DNA of 38,961 bases from a virus, in the IMG/VR virus record IMGVR_UViG_3300045988_105504; one strand, 5' to 3'. A program made the position numbers and the translations under genes. Under the pieces are notes generated by a model. That model ran no database searches and was not told where the DNA came from. It saw nothing but the letters and a program-made list of their open reading frames with translations. Of this stretch, positions 17,123 through 25,272 are shown in pieces (the stretch's first letter is position 1; each line of letters begins with the position of its first letter).

Positions 17123-17155
17123 AAAGCACTTTATGAAGTATAAGGTGCTTTTTTA
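17123..17155 (+). terminator. Rho-independent terminator after the MuF-associated small gene
   Basis: Stem AAAGCACTT/AAGGTGCTTT (8-10 bp), 9-nt loop, T-tract. Confidence 0.7.
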
Positions 17156-17178
17156 ATACATAGAAAGAGGTGATTACT

Positions 17179-17337
17179 ATAAAAGTAAAGGTAATAAGTG
17201 ATTTTTATGACTCTACAGCAGATAATATTCTAAGAAGAACCGGAGACATAATAGAAGTCACAGAGGAAAGATTTAAGGTGCTCAATGAGTACAAAGTTGT
17301 AGAAAAAATAGAAACTAAGCAAACCAAGGACGCATAA
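17179..17337 (+). CDS. 52-aa late mini-gene, putative ATA start (the in-frame GTG 17170 lies inside the SD)
   Basis: AGAGG at 17166-17170, then ATA AAA GTA AAG... giving (M)KVKVISDFYDSTADNILRRTGDIIEVTEERFKVLNEYKVVEKIETKQTKDA. Not in the track because it is under 60 aa. It replaces the antisense ORF 17205..17396. Confidence 0.45.
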   Translation: MKVKVISDFYDSTADNILRRTGDIIEVTEERFKVLNEYKVVEKIETKQTKDA

Positions 17338-17349
17338 GCGTTCTTTTTT
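17328..17349 (+). terminator. Compact terminator-like hairpin overlapping the mini-gene stop
   Basis: GGACGC-ATAA-GCGTTC (6 bp; the stop codon TAA, 17335-17337, sits in the loop) followed by T6. Confidence 0.5.
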
Positions 17350-17456
17350 ATTGCCCAAACACGATAAGGCTCTAAAAGATGCGTGGCAGGCGACACCTAT
17401 GACAATGGATTGATGTAGTGGGACACACTAAAAATGGATTAAAGGAGTAATAAACA

Positions 17457-18044
17457 ATGAATGAGAATCAGACAGTGGATGTTCAGGAGCAGAACAATCG
17501 AAACCAAGCAAGTACACAGCAGGGCAGTACTGCACCAACTATCGATTATGACAAGATACAGCAGATGCTTAACGGTACATTGGCTGCTAAAGAGGATACA
17601 GCATTAAAGGCTTACTTTAAACAGCAGGGACTGAGCCAAGAAGAGCTTGAGCAGGCTGTAGCTACATTCAAACAGCAAAAGGCAGCTAATCAACCGGATG
17701 TAACGGCACTTAAGTCAGAGATTGATACTTATAAGCAGCAGGCATTAAAAGCTGAAATAGAAAAAACAGCCTTATTTGAGGTATTGGGTTTAGGAGTTGA
17801 CGCTAAGACTGCACCTTATGTAATCAAGATGGCTGACTTATCAAGTGTGTTAGGTCAGGACGGTAAAATAAATCAGGAAACGGTTAAATCAGCCATATCA
17901 AAGGTGCTTGAAGATGTTCCGGGACTGAAACCGTCAGCGACTCAAACAAGTGGCTTTGTGCAGGTTGGCACAGGTGCCACAGGAGACAATCAAACATCAC
18001 AGGCAAGTAATGATGCACTGAGAGCAGCATTTGGCCTTAAGTAA
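17457..18044 (+). CDS. Scaffolding protein
   Basis: 195 aa, Q/E/K-rich and helical, immediately upstream of the capsid gene. Confidence 0.7.
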   Translation: MNENQTVDVQEQNNRNQASTQQGSTAPTIDYDKIQQMLNGTLAAKEDTALKAYFKQQGLSQEELEQAVATFKQQKAANQPDVTALKSEIDTYKQQALKAEIEKTALFEVLGLGVDAKTAPYVIKMADLSSVLGQDGKINQETVKSAISKVLEDVPGLKPSATQTSGFVQVGTGATGDNQTSQASNDALRAAFGLK

Positions 18045-18058
18045 GAAAGGAATTAATT

Positions 18059-18943
18059 ATGGCAGTTTACAATTACGCAGAAACATTTACAAACCTATTG
18101 CAGGAAGTATATTCAAAGGAGCTTTGCTCAGATGCATTGGCAAAGAGTAATCCCGGAGTTGTTTTTATAAACGCTCAGACAATAAAGCTTCCAAGATTGA
18201 CAACATCAGGATACAAGGATCATACACGTACAGCAGGATTTAATGCCGGAACACTCAGCAATGACTGGGAGGCAAAGAAGCTTGCTCACGACAGAGATAT
18301 TGAGTTCTTCGTAGACCCAATGGATATTGACGAGACCAATCTCACATTATCAGTGGCAAATATACAACATACTTTTGAGACGGATCATGCAATCCCTGAG
18401 AAGGATAGCTATAGATTTTCAAAGCTCCATGCTGAGCTTACAACTTACCACGGAAGAATTGACACAACAGTTATCACTGCTGCAAACTTCCTTGCAGCAT
18501 TTGATGAGGAAATGTCAAGAATGGATGAGGCGTCTGTTCCTGAAGAGGGAAGAATCCTTTATGTAACTCCGCCTATGGCAAAGATTATAAAAGAGGCAGA
18601 GGGATTACAGAGAGTAATGTCTGTAACTGCACCAAGCAATGTGAACAGAAACGTACATAGCTTAGATGATGTTGAGATTAAGAAGGTGCCGTCTTCAAGA
18701 ATGAAGACAAAGTATGACTTTACTGACGGTTGCAAGCCGGGAGCAGGTGCGAAGCAGATCAACTTTATCCTTGTTCATCCATCTTGTGTAGTCGCAAGGG
18801 ATAAGTACAGCTATATTAAGTTGTTTACACCTGGCACAGACTCAAGAACAGCAGACGGATACATCTATCAGAACAGAAACTATGGAGATTTGTTCTTGCT
18901 TGAGAAGAGAGTAGCAGGATGTGCAATGAACGTGCAGGCATAG
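18059..18943 (+). CDS. Major capsid protein
   Basis: 294 aa; position after the scaffold gene; N-terminus MAVYNYAETFTNLLQEVY typical of a Firmicute-phage capsid family. Confidence 0.8.
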   Translation: MAVYNYAETFTNLLQEVYSKELCSDALAKSNPGVVFINAQTIKLPRLTTSGYKDHTRTAGFNAGTLSNDWEAKKLAHDRDIEFFVDPMDIDETNLTLSVANIQHTFETDHAIPEKDSYRFSKLHAELTTYHGRIDTTVITAANFLAAFDEEMSRMDEASVPEEGRILYVTPPMAKIIKEAEGLQRVMSVTAPSNVNRNVHSLDDVEIKKVPSSRMKTKYDFTDGCKPGAGAKQINFILVHPSCVVARDKYSYIKLFTPGTDSRTADGYIYQNRNYGDLFLLEKRVAGCAMNVQA

Positions 18944-18952
18944 GAGGTATAG

Positions 18953-19189
18953 ATGAAAGCGGTAAGAGAGAATAAAGAATATACAATCACCGAAGAGTTA
19001 AAGCAGTATTATAAGGATTCAGGCTTTGACATCTATGATGATGAGGGAAACGTAATTGAGTACGGAAGAGGAAAAACAGTAAGCATGGAAGAGCACTTAA
19101 AAGCTCTTGATCGTATTGCTGAACTGGAAGAGCAGGTAAAAGCATTTGAAAAGAATGACAGTAAACCTGAAAAGGAAGGTAAGAAGTAG
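18953..19189 (+). CDS. Hypothetical head-associated protein
   Basis: 78 aa; SD GGAGGTATAG; between the capsid and connector genes. Confidence 0.5.
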   Translation: MKAVRENKEYTITEELKQYYKDSGFDIYDDEGNVIEYGRGKTVSMEEHLKALDRIAELEEQVKAFEKNDSKPEKEGKK

Positions 19190-19191
19190 CT

Positions 19192-19584
19192 ATGGCTTAT
19201 ACAGGGTATGTTGATGAACAATTTTATAATGATGTATATAAGGGTATCAGCATACCCTCTGATGAGTTAGGCCGTATGCTGATACAGGCTTCAAGACATA
19301 TAGATTCACTTACCTTTAATCGTATTGTGGCTAAAGGATTCGATAATTTGACAGTATTTCAGCAGGATATCATAAAAGAAGTCGCCTGCAGACAGGCAGA
19401 CTTTGAGTATGAGAATGCCGATATCATTGACACTGTACTTCAAGGGTACAGTATAAACGGAGTATCAATGCAATTTAACGGTAACAGTTGGAATGTATAT
19501 GCTGATAAAGGTGTAGCTATTAAAAAAGACCTATACAGCTTGTTAAGTCAAACAGGGTTAACAACTAGATTGGTGGGAGCATGA
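19192..19584 (+). CDS. Head-tail connector/adaptor protein (Gp19/Gp15-like)
   Basis: YVDEQFYNDVYKG...ELGRMLIQASRHIDSLTFNRI motif and position. Confidence 0.6.
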   Translation: MAYTGYVDEQFYNDVYKGISIPSDELGRMLIQASRHIDSLTFNRIVAKGFDNLTVFQQDIIKEVACRQADFEYENADIIDTVLQGYSINGVSMQFNGNSWNVYADKGVAIKKDLYSLLSQTGLTTRLVGA

Positions 19585-19919
19585 GGTATCCGGTATTAGT
19601 AGATAAGCGATTTTGCAAAACAGATATAAAAGTAGTATTAGAGAGGGAAGGGCTTAACAAGTACGGAGAGCCACTTCCTTATGTTACTTTAAATCTTAAA
19701 TGTAATTATCAGGATAATGCAAAGACTGTATTAACGGCAGAAAAGAAACTGATACAGTTGTCGGGTAGCGCATTGTTTGTCGGAGATATTTGCCCTGATC
19801 TTCCGGTGCTTTCAGGCGGAAGTGTGGAAGTATTAGGGGTTAAAAGACGAATATTCAAAGGATTTAAAGCTAGGAATCCTGATGGGACTGTTAACTATAC
19901 AAGATTGGACTTGGTATAA
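19581..19919 (+). CDS. Head closure / head-tail joining protein
   Basis: 112 aa; ATGA-coupled; assigned by position. Confidence 0.5.
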   Translation: MRYPVLVDKRFCKTDIKVVLEREGLNKYGEPLPYVTLNLKCNYQDNAKTVLTAEKKLIQLSGSALFVGDICPDLPVLSGGSVEVLGVKRRIFKGFKARNPDGTVNYTRLDLV

Positions 19920-20291
19920 ATGGGAGTTATTGTAAGAATCAATCAGCACAGAATAAACGAGCTGAGTGAAACGGCGGTAAAAGCCTTAGAAATGACAGTA
20001 GAAGCGGTCCATACAGATATAGGACAAGCTGAAACGGTTCCAATGCGTACAGGAGCATTGTCAGGTGAGCAGTTCTTTGTTGACTATGAGGATTCAAGAA
20101 GAGGATTGGTGAGTTTGGTAAACAGCACTCCATACGCAAGAAGGCTATATTACCATCCTGAATACAATTTCCGAAAAGAGTTTCATGCAAATGCGGGAGC
20201 TCTTTGGTTCGCACCATACCTTACAGGAATAAAAAAGGACTTTGCAAGGCGAACATTTGCGACACTATACAGAGCCTTAGGAGGTACATAA
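19920..20291 (+). CDS. HK97 gp10-like head-tail joining protein
   Basis: VPMRTGALSGEQF motif (gp10-like TG-L); position. Confidence 0.55.
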   Translation: MGVIVRINQHRINELSETAVKALEMTVEAVHTDIGQAETVPMRTGALSGEQFFVDYEDSRRGLVSLVNSTPYARRLYYHPEYNFRKEFHANAGALWFAPYLTGIKKDFARRTFATLYRALGGT

Positions 20292-20698
20292 TGGTTTACT
20301 TATCAGACGTAAGAGATTTTATATCATCCTTGAATTTTGTTGATGATGAGCATGTGTACAGTGGCAAGCTTGAAGATAAAAAAGATAAATCAGTAGGAAT
20401 TTATAGCAGAAAGACAACTACTCCGGATAACATACCTCTAGGTGGTCTGATACAAAAGAGCTTTGATTTTAAGCAGATATCTATACTTGTCCACTGGGAT
20501 AAAAGTCAAAGAGACACTGAAAAGGCAGCGGTAGAATTATTTAGGCTCTTGCAAAAACAAAAGGATTTTGCTATTGGGCAAAAAAGAGGCAAGTTCATTC
20601 TTATGGGCATGAGCGAGCCACAAAGCGTAGATACAGATGATAACGGCATCTATGAATATGTCATATGGTGCGATATTTACTATGAAAGAGAGGAATAA
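20291..20698 (+). CDS. Tail completion/terminator protein
   Basis: ATG 20291 after the SD TAGGAGGTACATA. The track start at 20204 is an over-extension. Assigned by position. Confidence 0.5.
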   Translation: MVYLSDVRDFISSLNFVDDEHVYSGKLEDKKDKSVGIYSRKTTTPDNIPLGGLIQKSFDFKQISILVHWDKSQRDTEKAAVELFRLLQKQKDFAIGQKRGKFILMGMSEPQSVDTDDNGIYEYVIWCDIYYEREE

Positions 20699-20701
20699 AC
20701 A

Positions 20702-21136
20702 ATGGCAGCACAAACAGGAGTATTTCCGGTTTACGAAAACCAGTTTAAGATAGGCGCAGACAAGGCAACAGCTACAACCATAGCAGACATGGAGACATTT
20801 TCAGTGTCTTTCAGTAACGGTGTTGAGACTTGGACCCCTATGGAGCATAAGGGATGGCAAAGAGCCTTAATGACTGCTAAGGCCGTAACAATCACTATAA
20901 ACGGCAAGAGAAACAAGGGTGATGCAGGTAATGACTTTATTGCAAAGAAGGCATTCACAAACGGTAGAGATTCAGAAGGGTATTTTTGCTGGACATTCCC
21001 GGACGGTACTACAGTGGAATGGGATATGGCCGTATTTGACGTAAAGAACATGGGAGCAGGAGACTCAACAAATGTTGCTCCACTTGAGTTTGATGTGATC
21101 AGTAACGGCAAGCCTAAGGTAACACCGTCAGTATAG
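20702..21136 (+). CDS. Major tail (tube) protein
   Basis: 144 aa; immediately upstream of the chaperone pair and tape measure. Confidence 0.65.
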   Translation: MAAQTGVFPVYENQFKIGADKATATTIADMETFSVSFSNGVETWTPMEHKGWQRALMTAKAVTITINGKRNKGDAGNDFIAKKAFTNGRDSEGYFCWTFPDGTTVEWDMAVFDVKNMGAGDSTNVAPLEFDVISNGKPKVTPSV

Positions 21137-21146
21137 GAGGAAGTAA

Positions 21147-21458
21147 ATGAGTAAAGTAATAGATATTACGGATAAGCTAAGTTTTGAGGGTAATCCTAAA
21201 CTTGTTGTAAAAGGCGTTGAGTTGGAAGTCAATTCTGACGCTCCGACAGTACTCCTTTTTATGCAACTTATGGGCAGAATGGACGAAGCAAAGGATGACA
21301 TGGATGCCGATACACTGCTAAAAGCTTATGAGCTTTTATTCTCAGAAGAGACGAGAGAAAAGATAAAAGATCTGGGAGTAGATTTCAAAGATTTGATGGT
21401 CATTGTGCAATCTGCAGTTGGTCTTATAAATGGCGGAAACAACGAGGGGGAAAATTAG
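21147..21458 (+). CDS. Tail assembly chaperone, short form (gpG-like)
   Basis: 103 aa, acidic, directly upstream of the tape measure. Ends GAG GGG GAA AAT TAG. Confidence 0.7.
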   Translation: MSKVIDITDKLSFEGNPKLVVKGVELEVNSDAPTVLLFMQLMGRMDEAKDDMDADTLLKAYELLFSEETREKIKDLGVDFKDLMVIVQSAVGLINGGNNEGEN

Positions 21459-21793
21459 ACCCCTATTATGATTTATTTGAGGACTACGACTTGATCGTGT
21501 CCTCTTTTTTATCGCAATACGGGGTCAGATTAATGAACCGAGATTTTAAGGATATGCAGTGGGATGAGTTCAAGGCGCTTTTGGCAGGGATATCTCCGGA
21601 TACTGCTCTTGGCAGAATTGTATCAATAAGAGCAGAGGACGATAAGAATATCCTTGATAACTTCACTCCTGAACAGCACAAGATCAGAAATGAGTGGAGA
21701 AAGAGAAGAGCACAAAATAAGACTGATGAGGAGAGAAATGCTTTCCTTGACGGTTTGAAGGAAGCATTTATTAAGATGGCAGGAGGTGACTAA
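21147..21793 (+). CDS. Tail assembly chaperone, long form (G-T type), via a putative -1 frameshift at about 21446-21454
   Basis: The -1 frame is open from 21332 to 21793 and encodes ...PYYDLFEDYDLIVSSFLSQYGVRLMNRDFKDMQWDEF... It has no SD or ATG of its own; the track shows only a TTG at 21491. Confidence 0.5.
21446..21454 (+). promoter_or_regulatory. Candidate slippery run GGGGGAAAA for the G/GT frameshift
   Basis: A G5A4 homopolymer pair 2 nt upstream of the gpG stop. tRNA-Gly can re-pair GGG to GGG in the -1 frame. Confidence 0.4.
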
Positions 21794-24700
21794 TGGCAGG
21801 AGCTAGCGCTGGATCAATACAGCTTGATTTGGAACTAAATCGAAGAGGTTTTGACCAACAACTTAATAGTTTAAGTAGCGTAGCAAAAAAAGCCGGAATG
21901 GCCTTGTTTGCCGCATTTTCTGTGAAGAAGTTAGTCGATTTCGGTAAATCTTGTATTGAACTTGGTTCAAATCTCGCTGAGGTTCAAAACGTTGTAGATG
22001 TAACATTTACACATATGTCTGATAGGGTAGATAAGTTTGCCAAAGATGCAGCGGTCAACTTTGGTCTATCAGAGACAATGGCGAAGCAGTACATGGGTAC
22101 CATAGGAGCCATGTCTAAGTCATTGGGTTTTTCAGAAAAGGCTGCATATGAGATGAGTGAAGGAATTGCTTCACTTGCAGGAGATGTTGCATCTTTCTAC
22201 AACATATCTCAGGATAGTGCTTTTGACAAATTGCAATCCATCTTTACCGGAACAATAATTCCTCTTCGTGAGTTCGGTATAAATATGTCTCAGGCAGCGC
22301 TACAAGAATATGCGCTAAGAAATGGAATTACAAAATCAATAGATGCCATGTCAGAGCAGGAAAGGGTAATGCTCCGATATAGATTCGTAATGGACGGATT
22401 AAAGGATACACAAGGTGATTTCCTTAGAACATCTGACGGATGGGCTAACCAAGTTAGAGTATTAAAGCTTCAATTTGATTCTCTTAAGGCTACAATCGGA
22501 CAAGGACTTATTAATGTATTTCTTCCTGTAATTAAGATGATAAATGGTCTTATAGGCAAGCTAATGTCTTTGGCAAACGCATTTAGGGCGTTTACAGAGA
22601 TGATATCGGGTAAAAAAGCCTCGGCAGGTGCAAGTGTTGCCAAGGCTGCAAGTGATATCAACGATATGGCAGGCGCTGCAGGTGGTGCGGAAGATGCCTT
22701 GGGTGGTACAGGCAATGCTCTCAAAGGTGCAGGAGATAAAGCGAAAAAGGCCGCAAAAGACATAGCGAATGCTACAGCAGGTATAGACGAGTTAAACATA
22801 ATCAGTAAGCCTGAGGGCTCTGCCGGAGGTTCAGGAGCAGGTGGTGGCGGAGGCTACAACGCTGATGACTTTGACATGGGAAAACTTGCTGAAGGTGAGG
22901 GGGAAGTTGACGGATTATCTGGTAAAATCAAAGGCCTGATAGATTATGCAAAAGAACTCTTTGGGCTGTTTAAAGAGGGATTTAAAGTAGGACTTGGGGA
23001 CACCTCGGTATTCGACTCTATAAAAAAATCAATAGAGTCTATAGGAGATAGCGTTAAAGATATATTCTTATCTCCCGAGGTACTAAGTGCAGCGGATAAG
23101 TTTGCTAAGGCGACTGCATATTCATTGGGGCAGATGGCAGGAGCATCTGTAAGCATAGGCCTTACTATAGCTGACAATATCCTGGGCGGAGTATCAAAAT
23201 ACCTGGAGCAGAATAAAAAAAGAATAAAAAGTTATTTTGTAGACATGTTCAACATAGGTACAGAAGTAGCAAAGATAAGAGGGAATTTTGCTACTGCAGT
23301 GGCTGATATATTTACGGTATTCCGTGGGGATAGTGCTAAACAGCTTACAGCAAATCTGATAGGTATCTTTGCAAGTACCTTTATGGGTCTGACTGAGATT
23401 GTAGCAAAGTTTGGAAGAGATCTTACTAACCTTATGACTGCTCCGATTATCGAAAATGCAGAAGCTATAAAAGATACACTTGAGAGCCTTGTTATGGCTG
23501 TATCAAATATTTACGGTACAGGAAAAGGCATTGTAGACCATTTCATGGAGTCATTAAATAAGACCTATGACGCTCATGTGAAACCGTTTATCGACTCGAT
23601 AACAGAAGGGGTATCAAAGATAGTGGCTGTATTGTTAAAAGCTTATAACGACAATATAAGGCCTATTGTGGACTTAATAGGAGCGAAGTTTGGAGAGTTT
23701 TCCGAAAAACATTTAAAACCATTGATAGATAGATTTATGGAGTTTGCAGGAAAAATCATAGATGTAATTGCAAAACTATGGAATTCAATTCTTGCTCCAT
23801 TCATTGCATGGTTTATAGAAAATTTTGGACCTCCTATAAAAGCAGGATTGGAAGGGATAATAAATATATTCTTTACTCTCCTAGGGCATGTTACGGATAT
23901 AATAAACGGTTTGATTACTGCATATACAGGTTTGATTGACTTTATAGTCGGTGTTTTTACCGGCAATTGGTCATTGGCATGGGAAGGCATTAAAACTATT
24001 TTTTTCGGCATTTGGGAAATGATGAAAAATCGACTAACTGCGATACTTGACTTAATGGCCGGATTAATCATAGCAAACCTCAATAACGTACTGGCAAGGT
24101 GGACGTTTGCTTGGAATGCTGTAAGAGATCTTGCTGTAAATGTATGGAATTACATTAAGGATTATATAACAAATACCTTTAACGCAGTAAGAAACCTTAT
24201 AGGAAGTGTATTGGAAGCTATAAAATCAGCTTGGAATAGTGCATGGGATGTTGTAAAGAATAAGACTAATGAAGCATGGAATAATATAAAAAATTCCATC
24301 ACTACCACTTTTAATACGATAAAAACCGGAATAGACAACACTCTAAACAGTATAAAAACTGCTTGGACAAATGTGTGGACAAGCGTTAAGACCACAACGG
24401 AGAGTATTTGGAACGGTATTTGGTCAGTGATAAAGGGTGCTATAAACAAGATTATTGGCGGAGTTGAAAATATGGTTAACTCGGTTGTTAGAGCTATCAA
24501 TACATTAATCGAGGGAATTAACAATGTGGCCGATAAGGTACCGGGTATAAAAGGAGACACCATACCAAAGCTTAGAGAAGTGAGACTTCCAAAGCTTGCG
24601 CAGGGCGGTTTTGTAAAGGCCAATACGCCGCAACTTGCTATAATTGGAGACAATAAAACTCAAGGTGAGATTGTAGCTCCTGAGGGCAAATTGCAAGAAA

Positions 24701-24888
24701 TGGCGGATAAAGCTGCAAGGTCAAATAGCGGTAGTGGATCAGCAGAACAGATGGATAAAATGATAGATTTGATGTCTACATTAGTGTCATTAGTAGGTGG
24801 ATTAGATTTAACATTGAATCTTGATGTTCGTGAGTTTACGCAAAGACAGGATGAACTAAAGAACCGTTTAGGGTACAGAATGACTTAG
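21793..24888 (+). CDS. Tape measure protein
   Basis: 1031 aa with Gly/Ala-rich and hydrophobic segments. The C-terminal half has periodic Trp repeats (IKSAWNSAWDVVKNKTNEAWNNIK / IKTAWTNVWTSVKTTTESIWNGIW). TAATG coupling. Confidence 0.9.
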   Translation: MAGASAGSIQLDLELNRRGFDQQLNSLSSVAKKAGMALFAAFSVKKLVDFGKSCIELGSNLAEVQNVVDVTFTHMSDRVDKFAKDAAVNFGLSETMAKQYMGTIGAMSKSLGFSEKAAYEMSEGIASLAGDVASFYNISQDSAFDKLQSIFTGTIIPLREFGINMSQAALQEYALRNGITKSIDAMSEQERVMLRYRFVMDGLKDTQGDFLRTSDGWANQVRVLKLQFDSLKATIGQGLINVFLPVIKMINGLIGKLMSLANAFRAFTEMISGKKASAGASVAKAASDINDMAGAAGGAEDALGGTGNALKGAGDKAKKAAKDIANATAGIDELNIISKPEGSAGGSGAGGGGGYNADDFDMGKLAEGEGEVDGLSGKIKGLIDYAKELFGLFKEGFKVGLGDTSVFDSIKKSIESIGDSVKDIFLSPEVLSAADKFAKATAYSLGQMAGASVSIGLTIADNILGGVSKYLEQNKKRIKSYFVDMFNIGTEVAKIRGNFATAVADIFTVFRGDSAKQLTANLIGIFASTFMGLTEIVAKFGRDLTNLMTAPIIENAEAIKDTLESLVMAVSNIYGTGKGIVDHFMESLNKTYDAHVKPFIDSITEGVSKIVAVLLKAYNDNIRPIVDLIGAKFGEFSEKHLKPLIDRFMEFAGKIIDVIAKLWNSILAPFIAWFIENFGPPIKAGLEGIINIFFTLLGHVTDIINGLITAYTGLIDFIVGVFTGNWSLAWEGIKTIFFGIWEMMKNRLTAILDLMAGLIIANLNNVLARWTFAWNAVRDLAVNVWNYIKDYITNTFNAVRNLIGSVLEAIKSAWNSAWDVVKNKTNEAWNNIKNSITTTFNTIKTGIDNTLNSIKTAWTNVWTSVKTTTESIWNGIWSVIKGAINKIIGGVENMVNSVVRAINTLIEGINNVADKVPGIKGDTIPKLREVRLPKLAQGGFVKANTPQLAIIGDNKTQGEIVAPEGKLQEMADKAARSNSGSGSAEQMDKMIDLMSTLVSLVGGLDLTLNLDVREFTQRQDELKNRLGYRMT

Positions 24889-24897
24889 AGGTGGAAT

Positions 24898-25272
24898 ATG
24901 AGTTTTTTGATTATAAACAACACGGAAGTACCTGCTCCGGATGTCGGAGCTACTCTTACGGTGGCAACAAATGTAGATGCAGGAAAGAATGCAAATGGAA
25001 CTTTTGTAGGGCAGAAAGTAGGAAGAGACCAGTACAAGATTGATTCTTTGCAATGGTCTTTTCTTACTGCTACAGAGTGGAGCACTATACTTAGGCTATT
25101 TGACGATTTTCGTGTAGTGGCCAGATTTCCTGATATGGTAAATAACAGATTTACAACTTTGATATTATACCCGGGCAATCGTACTGCTATCCCTATTGAA
25201 TGGGATGATGACGGACTTCCAACAATGTATAAATCCTGTAAAGTAAATCTAATAGATTGTGGAGAATTGTGA
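24898..25272 (+). CDS. Small distal-tail protein (Dit position)
   Basis: 124 aa, first gene after the tape measure; SD GAGGTGGA. Confidence 0.5.
   Translation: MSFLIINNTEVPAPDVGATLTVATNVDAGKNANGTFVGQKVGRDQYKIDSLQWSFLTATEWSTILRLFDDFRVVARFPDMVNNRFTTLILYPGNRTAIPIEWDDDGLPTMYKSCKVNLIDCGEL

Noticed and set aside
17205-17396. 63-aa - strand ORF between MuF and the scaffold gene
   Set aside because: It opposes the whole late operon and has no SD. The + strand 52-codon ORF with an SD and flanking + strand terminators explains the region better.
21793-24888. Long antisense ORFs inside the tape-measure gene (22470..22799, 23643..24083, 24162..24653) and similar ones inside other large genes (for example 8003..8503, 8205..8693, 14056..14427, 30568..30894)
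   Set aside because: These are shadow ORFs fully nested in strongly supported sense genes. They have low-complexity or hydrophobic products and no SD or promoter.
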